Below are positions 8,932 through 19,164 of a DNA stretch of 64,000 bases, one piece after another. The notes under the pieces are model-generated. The model was not told where the DNA came from. It did not search any database and worked only from the letters and a program-made list of their open reading frames with translations. Source of the DNA: an uncultured Gammaproteobacteria bacterium (GTDB lineage: Bacteria > Patescibacteriota > Microgenomatia > Levybacterales > GWA1-39-11); contig CAZIAP010000002.1 of NCBI GenBank assembly GCA_964537315.1, positions 43,237-107,236 of the forward strand, in the 5' to 3' direction. The first letter of the stretch is position 1, and each line of letters begins with the position of its first letter. Position numbers and translations under genes: made by a program.

Positions 8932-9430
8932 ACAAGGAATTGTAATTGAAAGAGTGTTTGATGCCCCGCGCGATCTTGTGTGGAAAGCATGGACCGATCC
9001 TGAGATGATCAAAAAATGGTGGGGACCTGAAGGATTTTCTGCACCAAGCATAAAGAATGACCTCCGCGTAGATGGGAAATATATATTTGCTATGCAAGGA
9101 GAACCGGGATCTGAATGGGAAGGTGTAATGTATAGCGCTGGTGTATACAAAGAAATTGTTCCAAATGAGAAGATCGTAGTAACTGATTATTTTTCAGATG
9201 AGAGTGGTGAAAAAATGAACCCTGCTGATTTTGGCCAAGATGCAAATTTTCCATCTGAACAAACAGTGACAATTTTATTTGAAGATGTTGAGGAAGGAAA
9301 AACAAAACTCACCCTTAAATATCCAAAACCAGAAACAGAAGAGCAATACCAAGCAATGTTAAAAAGTGGTATGCAAGAAGGATGGCAATCAAGCCTTAAT
9401 AAACTTGAAAAACTCTTACAAGAAGCGTGA
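8921..9430 (+). CDS. AHSA1/SRPBCC (activator of Hsp90 ATPase homolog) domain protein, ArsR-associated
   Basis: IERVFDAPRDLVWKAWTDPEMIKKWWGPEGF...GGEW is an AHSA1-like domain. A GGAGGTG RBS lies 7 nt before ATG 8921 (the track's 8912 is a GTG). The usual ArsR + AHSA1 pairing is present. Confidence 0.7.
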   Translation: MTDEQGIVIERVFDAPRDLVWKAWTDPEMIKKWWGPEGFSAPSIKNDLRVDGKYIFAMQGEPGSEWEGVMYSAGVYKEIVPNEKIVVTDYFSDESGEKMNPADFGQDANFPSEQTVTILFEDVEEGKTKLTLKYPKPETEEQYQAMLKSGMQEGWQSSLNKLEKLLQEA

Positions 9431-9538
9431 TTTTATCATGCTAAAACTAATCCATTATTGTCCTGGAATTATTACCAGGACAATAATGGAATGATTACCA
9501 GTTGGCAGATTTATCTGATATAAAGGGGGTAAATATAT

Positions 9539-10027
9539 ATGACACAAAAAATAATACCAAATCTTTGGTTTAACAATAACGCGTCAGAGGCTGTAGATTT
9601 TTATCTTTCAGTGTTTAATGATGCGAAAATTTTAAATACGGACTACTACACTGAGATTGGAGAAAACATTACCGGACACAAAAAGGGAGACGTTTTAACA
9701 ATTGAGTTTGAACTGTTAGGAACTCGATTTATTGCAACTAATGCCGGTCCTGGATTTACTTTCAACCCTTCAGTATCTTTCATGGTGGAATGTAAAGACC
9801 AGGAAGAAATCGATTATTATTGGGAAAAGTTATCTGCAGTTCCTGAAGCTGAACAGTGTGGTTGGTTACAGGACAAATACGGAATATCTTGGCAAATTGT
9901 TCCGACTACCTTATTTCATATGTTAAAAGTTGGCACACCGGAGCAAAGAAAACGGGTAACAGAAGCTTTCATGCCCATGAAAAAGTTTGATATCAAGGAA
10001 TTGGAGAACGCTTTCGAAGGAGAATAG
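9539..10027 (+). CDS. PhnB-like VOC-family protein (paralog of 4814-5314)
   Basis: MTQKIIPNLWFNNNASEAVDFYLSVFNDAKI...AVPEAEQCGWLQDKYGISWQIVP shares long identical stretches with the 4814 ORF (EEIDxxWEKLSAVPEAEQCGW). Confidence 0.7.
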   Translation: MTQKIIPNLWFNNNASEAVDFYLSVFNDAKILNTDYYTEIGENITGHKKGDVLTIEFELLGTRFIATNAGPGFTFNPSVSFMVECKDQEEIDYYWEKLSAVPEAEQCGWLQDKYGISWQIVPTTLFHMLKVGTPEQRKRVTEAFMPMKKFDIKELENAFEGE

Positions 10028-10110
10028 AACAAACTAGTAGCCTCAGAAATAGCTTAGTCATTCAGTAAAACAATCAAAATGACAGTACTGTCTTCTGATA
10101 TAATTCTTGA

Positions 10111-11409
10111 GTGAAAACGTTTTATCAAGTACTGGCAAATACCTTAATTGTAGCTTTTACAAATAACTTTGTATGGTTTGCTCTCACATTTTGGATTTAT
10201 TTGGAAACAAAATCTGTTTTGGCAACAGCATATATAGCAGGTATTTATTTAGTTGCCACAGCATCATCTGGGTTCTGGCTAGGTTCAATAGTAGACCATA
10301 ACAAAAAGAAAACCGTAATGATGATTTCAAGCATCATTACTCTCATATGCTTTTCAGTAGGAATGTTACTTTTCTTATTAGCACCTGATGGAGCATTTAA
10401 AAGCATTTCAAGTACTTATCTATGGGTACTCGTGCTGTTTCTTATGCTAGGTGTAATTGCAGGAAATATTAGAAATATAGCACTTCCAACCATTGTTACG
10501 CTTCTAATTGATGAAGACTTCAGGGATAGAGCAAATGGAATGTCAGGAACTGTGATGGGTATATCCTTTGCTATTACTTCCGTAGCAAGCGGACTTATAC
10601 TTGCTCATGGAGGAATGAATTCTGTACTTGTAATTTCAATTGTCACTACTGCTATTGCCATCTTCCATATGATCCTTACAAATATTCCCGAGAAGAAGAT
10701 TGTTCATGCTCAAGACGCACCCAAGAAAATAGACATAAAAGGAACATACTTAGTAGTCAAAGCGATACCAGGACTATTAGCACTAATTCTATTTGCCACG
10801 ATAAACAACTTCTTAGGTGGAGTGTTTATGTCGCTAATGGACCCATATGGTCTTTCCCTCGTTTCTGTTCAAGAATGGGGCATTCTTTGGGGATTTCTAA
10901 GTCTTGGTTTTATATTAGGTGGACTTATTGTTGCAAAAAAAGGATTAGGAAAAAACCCTCTACGTACACTATTCCTAGCAAACATTGTTATGTGGACTGT
11001 GTCGATATTTTTCACAATCCAACCTTGGATAGCACTCCTTGCCGCAGGTATGTTTACTTGGATATGTTTAGTTCCATTCGCGGAAGCAGCTGAACAAACA
11101 ATCATTCAAAAAGTAGTACCAAAGGAACGTCAAGGAAGAGTGTTTGGATTCGCTCAAAGTGTAGAGCAAGCAGCATCACCACTTACGGCATTTCTAATCG
11201 GTCCCATTGCACAGTTTATCTTTATCCCTTATATGACTACCGGAAGTGGAGTACAGCTAATTGGACACTGGTTTGGAGTTGGGCAAGACAGAGGAATCGC
11301 TCTTGTATTTATTATTGCAGGAATCATAGGACTTACTATTACTCTTATAGCAATGCGTTCAAATGCTTACAAACTACTTAGTCAGAGGTATTTGCAGAAT
11401 AATTCTTAA
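10111..11409 (+). CDS. MFS transporter
   Basis: 432 aa with about 12 predicted TM helices and an MFS-like arrangement. The closest pattern is macrolide-efflux/EntS-like families. Confidence 0.65.
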   Translation: MKTFYQVLANTLIVAFTNNFVWFALTFWIYLETKSVLATAYIAGIYLVATASSGFWLGSIVDHNKKKTVMMISSIITLICFSVGMLLFLLAPDGAFKSISSTYLWVLVLFLMLGVIAGNIRNIALPTIVTLLIDEDFRDRANGMSGTVMGISFAITSVASGLILAHGGMNSVLVISIVTTAIAIFHMILTNIPEKKIVHAQDAPKKIDIKGTYLVVKAIPGLLALILFATINNFLGGVFMSLMDPYGLSLVSVQEWGILWGFLSLGFILGGLIVAKKGLGKNPLRTLFLANIVMWTVSIFFTIQPWIALLAAGMFTWICLVPFAEAAEQTIIQKVVPKERQGRVFGFAQSVEQAASPLTAFLIGPIAQFIFIPYMTTGSGVQLIGHWFGVGQDRGIALVFIIAGIIGLTITLIAMRSNAYKLLSQRYLQNNS

Positions 11410-11460
11410 GATTTTTCTAACTACGATCATACCATACCATCATCTAATTTATACTTTCGT

Positions 11461-11829
11461 ATGATAAGTTACTATTTAATGGACAAAATTAGATCTACAA
11501 AAGAAGTTTTTGAAAGCCACCTTTTATTACGAAAAGAAGGAAAAGTTGAAGAGGATATTCAGACCAATTACTCAGATGATATAGTAATTATTTCGAGTGT
11601 TAGCAAATTTTATGGTCATGATGGAGTAAGAAAATCAGCAAATGTGCTAGAAAATGACATAGGAGATAGTGAATTTATCTACGTTAAACAAGAAGTAGAG
11701 CAATCTATTGCATACTTGGTATGGAATGCTGAATCTAATAATAAGATAACCTCGGGTACAGACTCTTTTTTGATTAAAGATGGGAAGATAAAAATACAAA
11801 CTATCTATTATGAGGTGGAAAATAAGTAA
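11461..11829 (+). CDS. Hypothetical small protein (NTF2/SnoaL-like fold possible)
   Basis: 122-aa ORF with no strong motif. The size and alternating pattern fit an NTF2-like fold. Confidence 0.35.
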   Translation: MISYYLMDKIRSTKEVFESHLLLRKEGKVEEDIQTNYSDDIVIISSVSKFYGHDGVRKSANVLENDIGDSEFIYVKQEVEQSIAYLVWNAESNNKITSGTDSFLIKDGKIKIQTIYYEVENK

Positions 11830-12073
11830 CTTTCTTATTTCTTACACTATTTTTCTTTGTATTTTATCTTCAAGCAATAAAATGCTTGTATGAGAATATT
11901 TAGATCTTTCATCGCTGTTCTCTCAAGCACAGTTTACTAAATAAATACAGTTTCTAGCCTCTTTTACTAGAAACTCTTACTTAACTCTTCACATAAATTG
12001 TATCCGTAGTTTACATATATTCCGTATTGTGTATTAAATTCAAGAGCTTAACCTGAAAAAGGAGGCGATAAAA

Positions 12074-12343
12074 ATGAGTATAGTATTATGGATAATATTT
12101 GGAGCAATTGCAGGATTTATAGCTGATTTTCTTGATAAATCTGTAACTTTGAGCTGGATTGAAAGAATCGCCGTTGGAGTTGTGGGTGCTTTTATAGGAG
12201 GAACAATAGCAACACTGCTTACAACAGGACAGCTTGATTTTAGTGGAACCGCAGACTTTAATATAATTTCTCTTCTTGTTGCAGTTCTTGGAGCACTTCT
12301 TGCACTATTTGTATGGAAGAGAATGAAACCTGGTAGAGTATAG
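12074..12343 (+). CDS. GlsB/YeaQ/YmgE-family stress-response membrane protein
   Basis: MSIVLWIIFGAIAGFIADFL...GVVGAFIGGTIATLL is the transglycosylase-associated (GlsB/YeaQ/YmgE) signature. An AAAGGAGG RBS sits 8 nt upstream. Confidence 0.7.
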   Translation: MSIVLWIIFGAIAGFIADFLDKSVTLSWIERIAVGVVGAFIGGTIATLLTTGQLDFSGTADFNIISLLVAVLGALLALFVWKRMKPGRV

Positions 12344-12583
12344 TTGTTTTAATATTCATCATCTTAATATATATATTAGTAGTATTAGTAGGTGATGTTG
12401 ATAAGTGGAGTAAAGCATAAGCGCGTGCCTGAAAAAATGGGGAAAAGTGAGGTATATCTTTGTGCATTAAATGTTTATAAAGTTTTCTTAGTCTAATCTT
12501 TGGTGATAACATTAAGATAATTCACTGGTTGTAAACATTATTTCCCCAATTAACTAGTGATATTGATCCACATTGTTTCCACA

Positions 12584-13177
12584 TTAAATAAAGGGTTTAA
12601 GTGATTGCATATCCTCAATAAGAGTTTTTTTGCTTCTGCCTGAGTAAAGCGCTACTGCAGGGTGATAAAGAGGAATGATATGTATATCTCCATACGCGGC
12701 TTTAGCAGGAATGACTTTTCCGTGGAGAGTGCTAATTGAACCTGTCTGTTCAAGAAGGTTAAACTTTTCCAGTATATATTTCATAGAAAACCTTCCGAGT
12801 GTAGCTATAACTTTTGGTTGAATGATATTGATTTGTTTTTCCAGAAAAGGTGAGTAAAGAGCAATCTCGTGAGGTGAGGGGTCTCTGTTTTCTGGGGGTC
12901 TATCTTTAACAATATTGGTAATGTATACATTTTTTCGCTCAAGATTAATAGATGTAAGCATTTCATCTAATATTCTGCCTGCAGCTCCACAAAACGGTCG
13001 TGCTTGTTCAGCTTCGTTCTTACCTGGTGCTTCACCTGCAAACATTATCGTAGCATCATGGTTTCCTTCTCCAATTACAGGGTAATAATTATTTTTCTTT
13101 CTGTATTCATATAAAGGTGATTCTTTGAGGTTTAAAACTTCATCACGAATTTTTCTTAGTTCCTCTGTTTTATTCAT
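12584..13177 (-). CDS. Uracil-DNA glycosylase, family 4
   Basis: ATIMFAGEAPGKNEAEQARPFCGAAGRILDEML...YITNIVKDRPPENRDP...HPAVALY carries the family-4 UDG motifs (GEAPG, F-G-AG). Confidence 0.8.
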   Translation of the reverse strand: MNKTEELRKIRDEVLNLKESPLYEYRKKNNYYPVIGEGNHDATIMFAGEAPGKNEAEQARPFCGAAGRILDEMLTSINLERKNVYITNIVKDRPPENRDPSPHEIALYSPFLEKQINIIQPKVIATLGRFSMKYILEKFNLLEQTGSISTLHGKVIPAKAAYGDIHIIPLYHPAVALYSGRSKKTLIEDMQSLKPFI

Positions 13178-13217
13178 AATAAATATTATACCTTCTAAAG
13201 GGTTGTTTAGGAAACTT

Positions 13218-13850
13218 ATGTTTCTTATAATGAATAGTTCTATGATCGAAGTTTTTTTTGACGTTGAAACAAAAAAATTATTTCATGAAGTCGAAAATCG
13301 TGATGTTACAAAACTCGGTGTTTCGATTGTTTCTGTATATCAACGGGAGATTGACTCACAGTTTAGGGAAATTAAAGGACAGATGCGCAGCTATTGGGAA
13401 AAAGACTTTGCAGATCTCTGGAAAGTGCTTCATGATGCAGACAGAATAATTGGCTTTAATTCTATTAGTTTTGATAGTGCTGTTTTACAGCCATACGCAC
13501 CGTTTGCACTTAACAAACTTTCTCACTTTGACATGCTGGATGAGATTCGTAAAGTTCTTGGTCACAGACTGAGTCTTAATGCATTAGCATCTCAAACACT
13601 CGGTACTGCGAAAAGTGATGTGGGAACAAATGCTGTGGTGTACTTTGCAAAAGGTGATGCAGAAAGCCTGGCAAAACTTCAGTCCTACTGTGAAGCAGAT
13701 GTCCTTATTACGAGAGATCTATACGATTTCGGAGTGAGAAACAAACACTTAAAATATTTAGATAAATGGAATACTCTTCGAAAAGTAGAAATTGATTTCT
13801 CTTATCCTCAAGAGATATCTGAAGCAGGAAAACAAACGAGCTTATTTTAG
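13218..13850 (+). CDS. 3'-5' exonuclease (DEDD/RNase D-like)
   Basis: FFDVETKKLF...IGFNSISFDSAVL...YCEADVLITRDLY gives DEDD exonuclease motifs I-III. It is divergent from the UDG gene. The start is uncertain (13218, 13230 or 13242). The track's 13125 start overlaps UDG and is rejected. Confidence 0.6.
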   Translation: MFLIMNSSMIEVFFDVETKKLFHEVENRDVTKLGVSIVSVYQREIDSQFREIKGQMRSYWEKDFADLWKVLHDADRIIGFNSISFDSAVLQPYAPFALNKLSHFDMLDEIRKVLGHRLSLNALASQTLGTAKSDVGTNAVVYFAKGDAESLAKLQSYCEADVLITRDLYDFGVRNKHLKYLDKWNTLRKVEIDFSYPQEISEAGKQTSLF

Positions 13851-14106
13851 ACTATACATAACCCTTACATAATGTTGCTTTTCTTCACGTATCCAAGGTT
13901 TATAGTTGTATTATGGACTCGGTTTTAATAGCAACAATCTCAGTAGGACTTGTTATTTACATGAAAAATTCTCTATTATTATGAAATTTAAACTGTTTGC
14001 AAAACAAAAAGTAAATACAGAACTTAAGAAAGATAAGGTATTAAAACTTGGGAAAAAGCAAATTGAAAAACTGGTAAAGCAGGGAATTACTATTCAGTTT
14101 GTTCGT

Positions 14107-14871
14107 TCATAATTTTAAGCAGTCATCAAGCTTATATTCTCCAACTCTGGTTCTTTTAATAGCAAATGCTATTGCACAGCTTCCGACTGTCCTTCCCAAG
14201 TCATGCGCTAGGGTTCTCATATATGCTCCGTGAGACGATTTAACTCTTAAGGATATGAAGGGGTAGGTATTATTATTACTGTATAGTAAATCATTCCATG
14301 CTCTCAGAATCTTTTCTTGCCTGAAGTCTCCTTCTACTTGATTAATTTTTTGCTGAATGTCTTGTAACAGCTTTGATGCGGGCAAGGTTCTTGAGTCGAG
14401 TAATGTAATGTCGGTTATTTCAATTGGTTTAGATGGCACTTTAATTTCATTTATTTTGTCAATACGCGCCCAGTAAAACAAAGGTTTTCCATTAACTCTG
14501 GCTGAGGAGTAAGGAGGGTATGGTTGATCATATTTTCCTATAAATTTATGTAGTATTTTGCTAATATTTTTAATTTTTCCGATATCTATATCGCAAGTAT
14601 TAGTTACTAATCCAAGAGGATCATATGTGTCTGTCTCAAAACCAAATACTACACTCACCTCATATTCTTTAGATAGCATTTGGTGTTTTTCTCTTTTTTT
14701 GCACTCATCACCTGATAAAACTAATAATATTCCTTCTGCCATGGGATCGAGTCTTCCCGCATATGCTAATGGTACATTTTCCAGTTCCGGAACGGTCTTT
14801 TTTAAAAGATCCAATATTTGAAGAGGAGTACTGCCTACCGGTTTGTATACGGGAATAACAGAGGATTGCAT
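14107..14871 (-). CDS. truB: tRNA pseudouridine(55) synthase TruB
   Basis: IPVYKPVGSTPLQILDLLKK...LAYAGRLDPMAEGILLVLSG... includes the catalytic-Asp GRLD motif. Confidence 0.85.
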   Translation of the reverse strand: MQSSVIPVYKPVGSTPLQILDLLKKTVPELENVPLAYAGRLDPMAEGILLVLSGDECKKREKHQMLSKEYEVSVVFGFETDTYDPLGLVTNTCDIDIGKIKNISKILHKFIGKYDQPYPPYSSARVNGKPLFYWARIDKINEIKVPSKPIEITDITLLDSRTLPASKLLQDIQQKINQVEGDFRQEKILRAWNDLLYSNNNTYPFISLRVKSSHGAYMRTLAHDLGRTVGSCAIAFAIKRTRVGEYKLDDCLKL

Positions 14872-15476
14872 TAGGCGGACTCTTCGAAGCGACGAGAAAC
14901 TTCTTCCCAGTTAACAACTTTCCACCAAGCCTCAATATATTCAGGTCTGCGATTTTGATATTTAAGATAGTAAGCATGTTCCCAAACATCTAATCCCAAG
15001 AGTGGTGTTGTCTGACTCATAAGAGGACTGTCTTGATTTGGAGTAGTAACAATTTTAAGCTCTCCATTCTCAACTACTAGCCACGCCCATCCGCTTCCAA
15101 ATACTCCTGCAGCAGCTTCGTTAAATTTTGTTTTAAACGACTCTTCATCTCCAAATTTTGACTCTATTTTATCTTTCAGAGTATCAGACATACTGCTGCC
15201 TTCGTGAGGTGTCATAACTGTCCAGAAAAGAGTATGATTTGCGTGTCCACCTGCGTTATTTCTAACTTTTGTCCTAATATCTTCTGGGACCTGGTCAAGG
15301 TTTTGAATAAGTTCTTCAACTGGCATGGAAAGAAGATTCTCGTGATTGGAAAGGGCGTCATTGACGTTTTTTATGTAAGCTGCATGATGCTTGCCATGAT
15401 GAAGTCTCATGGTTTCTTCGTCAATTGCTTTTTCTAATGCATTGTAGTCATAAGGAAGGTCTGGAAGCGTATACAT
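14871..15476 (-). CDS. sodA: Fe/Mn superoxide dismutase
   Basis: MYTLPDLPYDYNALEKAIDEETMRLHHGKHHAAYIKNVN...DVWEHAYYLKYQNRRPEYI are canonical Fe/Mn-SOD motifs. Confidence 0.9.
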   Translation of the reverse strand: MYTLPDLPYDYNALEKAIDEETMRLHHGKHHAAYIKNVNDALSNHENLLSMPVEELIQNLDQVPEDIRTKVRNNAGGHANHTLFWTVMTPHEGSSMSDTLKDKIESKFGDEESFKTKFNEAAAGVFGSGWAWLVVENGELKIVTTPNQDSPLMSQTTPLLGLDVWEHAYYLKYQNRRPEYIEAWWKVVNWEEVSRRFEESA

Positions 15477-15564
15477 AATTTTACTATGACTATATTATAC
15501 AAAGCATTTTCAAGATATGGGTAAGATGTTTGTAAGATTACAATAGACATAAAGTATTATAATC

Positions 15565-16689
15565 TTATTCTCGCCACTTCAACGCCACCCATGCTGATAA
15601 GACTGTGGAAATAGGAACTGCTAGGACTAGACCGATACTACCAGCTAACGTTCTGATAACCTCTTCTACGATAACCTGACTGTTAAGTATGACCCAATAT
15701 GGTTGGTTTGATGGGTTTAGCACAAATAGAATAAACAGGCTAAGTGAAGCGCCAGCGTAGGCAAGCACCAATGTGTTTACGAGTGCTGCTATATGCTCTT
15801 TTCCGACTACATATCCACGCGTAACAAGATCCATAAACTCTAATTTTTTATTTGCTCGTGAAATTTCAAATACCGCTGCAGCTTGCGAGGTTGTTATGTC
15901 GTCAAGCACTCCCAGTGTACCGATAATAATTCCACCTAGAAGTAGACCCTTTAAGTTAATGCTGGTTGGTCCGAACTGAAGTAAATATGCATCTTCGGTT
16001 CCTACACCTGAAAGACTGGTTATCTCTACGAATAAAAAAGCAAGAATGCCCGTAATTAATAGTGATCCTGCGGTGGAGGCAAGAGCTACAGTAGTTCTCC
16101 TTGAAATACCATGAGCAAGATAGATTGTAATAACCATAATTGCAAGTGATCCAGCTATAGTGATAAGGAGTGGATCTTGTCCTCGAAGTATTTGAGGAAC
16201 AATGAACTGTAAAATAATTAGCACACTAACTATCATCCCCAGTATCGAACCAAGTCCTTTTTTTCCTGCAACAAAGATTACCAGCAGAAAGAATCCTGCA
16301 ACTATATAGAGGAGAGTGTCTATTCTGTAACGGTCTAACACTGTGTAGTTTGTTTTGTCAGGTAGAATTGTTTTGATCAATACCACAGTCTCACCAACTT
16401 TAAGCTTTTGGGACGAGTCGACTCTGACTACTCCGCCGTGGTCAATTGTGACACTTTTCCCTTTTTCAGGCCCATCTTCAATCTCAAGTTTTACAGTCTG
16501 AACATAATTGATAGATCCATCTACTTTCTTGTTTTCTTCTTTTATAACCTCAATCACCTGAGCTTTGTAGTAGTGTTCTTCAGGAGGTTCAGGAGGCAGT
16601 AGTTTCCCTTGTGCATGTGAAGTTGGTAGGAAAAGAAAAAATAAAATTAAAAAAATATTAATATAACGTAGCAGCTTATTCATTAACAT
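15565..16689 (-). CDS. YibE/F-family membrane protein
   Basis: Signal peptide, extracellular domain, then 7-8 TM helices (GILAFLFVEITSLSGVGTEDAYLLQFG; VLDDITTSQAA), as in the YibE/F family. Confidence 0.55.
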   Translation of the reverse strand: MLMNKLLRYINIFLILFFLFLPTSHAQGKLLPPEPPEEHYYKAQVIEVIKEENKKVDGSINYVQTVKLEIEDGPEKGKSVTIDHGGVVRVDSSQKLKVGETVVLIKTILPDKTNYTVLDRYRIDTLLYIVAGFFLLVIFVAGKKGLGSILGMIVSVLIILQFIVPQILRGQDPLLITIAGSLAIMVITIYLAHGISRRTTVALASTAGSLLITGILAFLFVEITSLSGVGTEDAYLLQFGPTSINLKGLLLGGIIIGTLGVLDDITTSQAAAVFEISRANKKLEFMDLVTRGYVVGKEHIAALVNTLVLAYAGASLSLFILFVLNPSNQPYWVILNSQVIVEEVIRTLAGSIGLVLAVPISTVLSAWVALKWRE

Positions 16690-16737
16690 AGTATTATATC
16701 AGCAGTATTCTGTCTGTTGTAGCTTGATTACCAGATA

Positions 16738-17757
16738 GTGTATAATCACAATCACTATAAGACTATGATAAATAAATCCTTTTTTAGGCACTTACTCAAT
16801 AACCAGATTATTGTAGCGTTAATTGTACTCGGATTTGCCTGGTTGGTTGTAGAGCTGATTAGTGTAGTAATAGCCGGTTTTGTTGCTTATATAATCATGG
16901 CCGCAATCTCGCCAATCGTCGAACGCTTGACGGGCTATGGTGTTCCAAAAGCTTTGGCTGCAGCAGGTGTTTACTTACTGATCGTAGTTATATTATTTGT
17001 CTTAATTTTTCCTTTAGTCCCGTTCTTAGTAAATCAAACGACTCAGCTATTCACAAAACTTCCTGCATATATTCAGAATGCAACTGAACTGATAGGTGTG
17101 AATATCAGTAGAGAAGAGTTGCAAGAAATAATAACTTCTCAGATTGGGGCAATAGGAAGTAATGCGCTTCAGGTTACGACAAGGGTGTTTGGAGGTGTGT
17201 TTAATATATTGACAATAATAGTTCTCAGCTTTTATCTTTTACTTGACCATACCCGTGTAAAAAACAGTGTGGCCTCTTTATTCTCAAACAGCACTAATAA
17301 AAAAGCGATTGAGGTACTTAGCAAGGTAGAGTACAAGCTTGGCGCATGGCTTAGAGGACAGATTTTTTTATCATTATTTATTGGTGTTTTTACTTGGGTG
17401 GGCCTATCATTAATTGGTCTGGAGTATGCTCTACCTTTGGCGCTTCTTGCAGGTATGCTTGAGATTGTGCCTACTCTTGGACCCATAATCGCAGCCATAC
17501 CGGCAATTTTAATTGCTTTAAGCGTATCTTTACCTATGGCGATCGTGGTTACAGGGTTTTATGTTTTAATTCAGATAATCGAGAATAATTTTCTTGTACC
17601 TCGAATAATGCAACGAGCAGTAGGCTTGCACCCGATAATCGTTATATTAGGAATAATTGTGGGTGGTAGGCTGCTTGGGATTATAGGAGCTTTGCTTGCT
17701 GTACCGTTTATTTCACTTATTGTCGTTGTTGCATCAGAAGTGCGCAAGCGAGCCTAA
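16738..17757 (+). CDS. AI-2E family transporter (PerM/UPF0118)
   Basis: 339 aa and polytopic. The ...LEIVPTLGPIIAAIPAILIAL... conserved block is typical of AI-2E/UPF0118. Confidence 0.7.
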   Translation: MYNHNHYKTMINKSFFRHLLNNQIIVALIVLGFAWLVVELISVVIAGFVAYIIMAAISPIVERLTGYGVPKALAAAGVYLLIVVILFVLIFPLVPFLVNQTTQLFTKLPAYIQNATELIGVNISREELQEIITSQIGAIGSNALQVTTRVFGGVFNILTIIVLSFYLLLDHTRVKNSVASLFSNSTNKKAIEVLSKVEYKLGAWLRGQIFLSLFIGVFTWVGLSLIGLEYALPLALLAGMLEIVPTLGPIIAAIPAILIALSVSLPMAIVVTGFYVLIQIIENNFLVPRIMQRAVGLHPIIVILGIIVGGRLLGIIGALLAVPFISLIVVVASEVRKRA

Positions 17758-17765
17758 TTCTCTCC

Positions 17766-19088
17766 ATGATTTCAAGTTTTGATCAAGCACTACAATACTT
17801 ATACTCTCACATTCCCAAAAGTACCGGCAGAATGTTTCCTGGCGAGGTTGGTCTTGCTCGTATGAATGCGCTTGTCACAGAGCTTGGTAATCCGCAGGAG
17901 AAGTATAAAACTGTTCATATTGCTGGAACATCAGGAAAAGGGTCGACTGCCACAATTGTAAGCCATCTTCTTAAGAGTCAGGGGTTTAAAGTTGGGCTTC
18001 AGCTTTCTCCACACGTATTGGATATTCGTGAACGCATTCAAATTAACAATAGTTTGTTGGATAAACACAAATTCCTCAAGTATTTAAATGAGATAGTTCC
18101 CGCTGTAGAAAAAATGTCTAAAGGAGACTTTGGACAAGTTACATATTTTGAAATTCTTGTGTCACTTGCTTACTACTCATTTTGGAAAGAAGGAGTAGCT
18201 TATGCTGTAATCGAAACAGGAATGGGAGGCTTGTATGATGGGACAAATATCATCAAAAATCCACAAAAATTAGCTGTAATAACGAGAATTGGGCATGATC
18301 ATATGTCCGTGCTTGGAAAAACATTGCCTCAGATAGCAAAACAAAAAGCAGGGATCATCCATAAAGGTAACATCGTTATAACTATTGAGCAGTCAAATGA
18401 TGTATTAAATGTAATTGAGTCAGAGAGCGATGTGAAGCAAGCAGAATTAGCTGTTATTAAATCTAAAGACTACTCAGTAGAAAGTATAAGTAAGACAGGA
18501 ACGAAGTTTTATGACGGTATAAGAAAGCAGAAACTTCATCTCGGATTAATAGGTTCGCATCAAGTAGAAAATGCCATGCTTGCATTGGAAGCAGTATCGA
18601 GAATAGCACAACGTGACAATTGGAACATGCAATCAAATAAAACAACAAAAGTACTACAAGAATTAAAATTTCCGGCACGAATGGATGTTGTTACCTATAA
18701 ACAAAAAACGTTGGTGATAGACGGTGCGCACAACTCCCAAAAAATGAGGGCGTTTCTTAAATCTTTGAGTGCTCTTTACCCAAGAGAAAAATTTGTTTTT
18801 CTTGTTGCATTTAAACACGGAAAAGACATTAAGCAGATGATGAGTCTTTTACAAAAATATGCAAAAGAGATTGTTGTCACAGACTTTTTTGTGGGAAATC
18901 AAGATATGCCAAACATATCAGAATCTGCAGATAGAGTGGCCTCATATGCAACTGTAATTCCTGTTCAAGCGATAAGTGGTGCTGATAAAGCATTAGAGTA
19001 CGCACTAAAGCAAGATGATAAAGTTATCGTTACGGGCTCCTTATATTTTGCTTCTGAAATATACTCATTATTAAAGGCAAAAAGTTAA
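17766..19088 (+). CDS. folC: Folylpolyglutamate synthase / dihydrofolate synthase FolC
   Basis: VHIAGTSGKGSTATIVSHLL P-loop, ...ETGMGGLYDGTNII..., ...VIDGAHN... are Mur-ligase/FolC motifs. Confidence 0.85.
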   Translation: MISSFDQALQYLYSHIPKSTGRMFPGEVGLARMNALVTELGNPQEKYKTVHIAGTSGKGSTATIVSHLLKSQGFKVGLQLSPHVLDIRERIQINNSLLDKHKFLKYLNEIVPAVEKMSKGDFGQVTYFEILVSLAYYSFWKEGVAYAVIETGMGGLYDGTNIIKNPQKLAVITRIGHDHMSVLGKTLPQIAKQKAGIIHKGNIVITIEQSNDVLNVIESESDVKQAELAVIKSKDYSVESISKTGTKFYDGIRKQKLHLGLIGSHQVENAMLALEAVSRIAQRDNWNMQSNKTTKVLQELKFPARMDVVTYKQKTLVIDGAHNSQKMRAFLKSLSALYPREKFVFLVAFKHGKDIKQMMSLLQKYAKEIVVTDFFVGNQDMPNISESADRVASYATVIPVQAISGADKALEYALKQDDKVIVTGSLYFASEIYSLLKAKS

Positions 19089-19135
19089 AAGCCTTTATCT
19101 TCAACTATGAAACATCAGGCTTTATTAGCAGTCTA

Positions 19136-19164
19136 TTGACATGACTGATAAAAACTACTAAAAT
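19136..19164 (+). promoter_or_regulatory. Sigma70-like promoter: TTGACA, 17 nt spacer, TAAAAT, abutting the clpB start
   Basis: TTGACA at 19136-19141, a 17-nt spacer, TAAAAT at 19159-19164. An ATG follows at 19165 and again at 19171, implying a leaderless or very short-leader transcript. Confidence 0.35.

Noticed and set aside
11934-11960. 9-bp stem-loop (AGTTTCTAG...CTAGAAACT) about 100 nt downstream of gene 11461-11829
   Set aside because: It has no U-tract and is distant from the stop codon. It may be incidental in AT-rich intergenic DNA, so I did not annotate it as a terminator.
13125-13217. Upstream extension of the exonuclease ORF to 13125
   Set aside because: It would overlap the divergent UDG gene's N-terminus by about 50 nt on the opposite strand, and the extension peptide is low complexity. 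An ATG at 13218, 13230 or 13242 is preferred.
13906-14112. 68-aa ORF convergent with truB
   Set aside because: It is Lys-rich and small, and its stop overlaps the truB stop region. There is no RBS or homology, so I did not call it.
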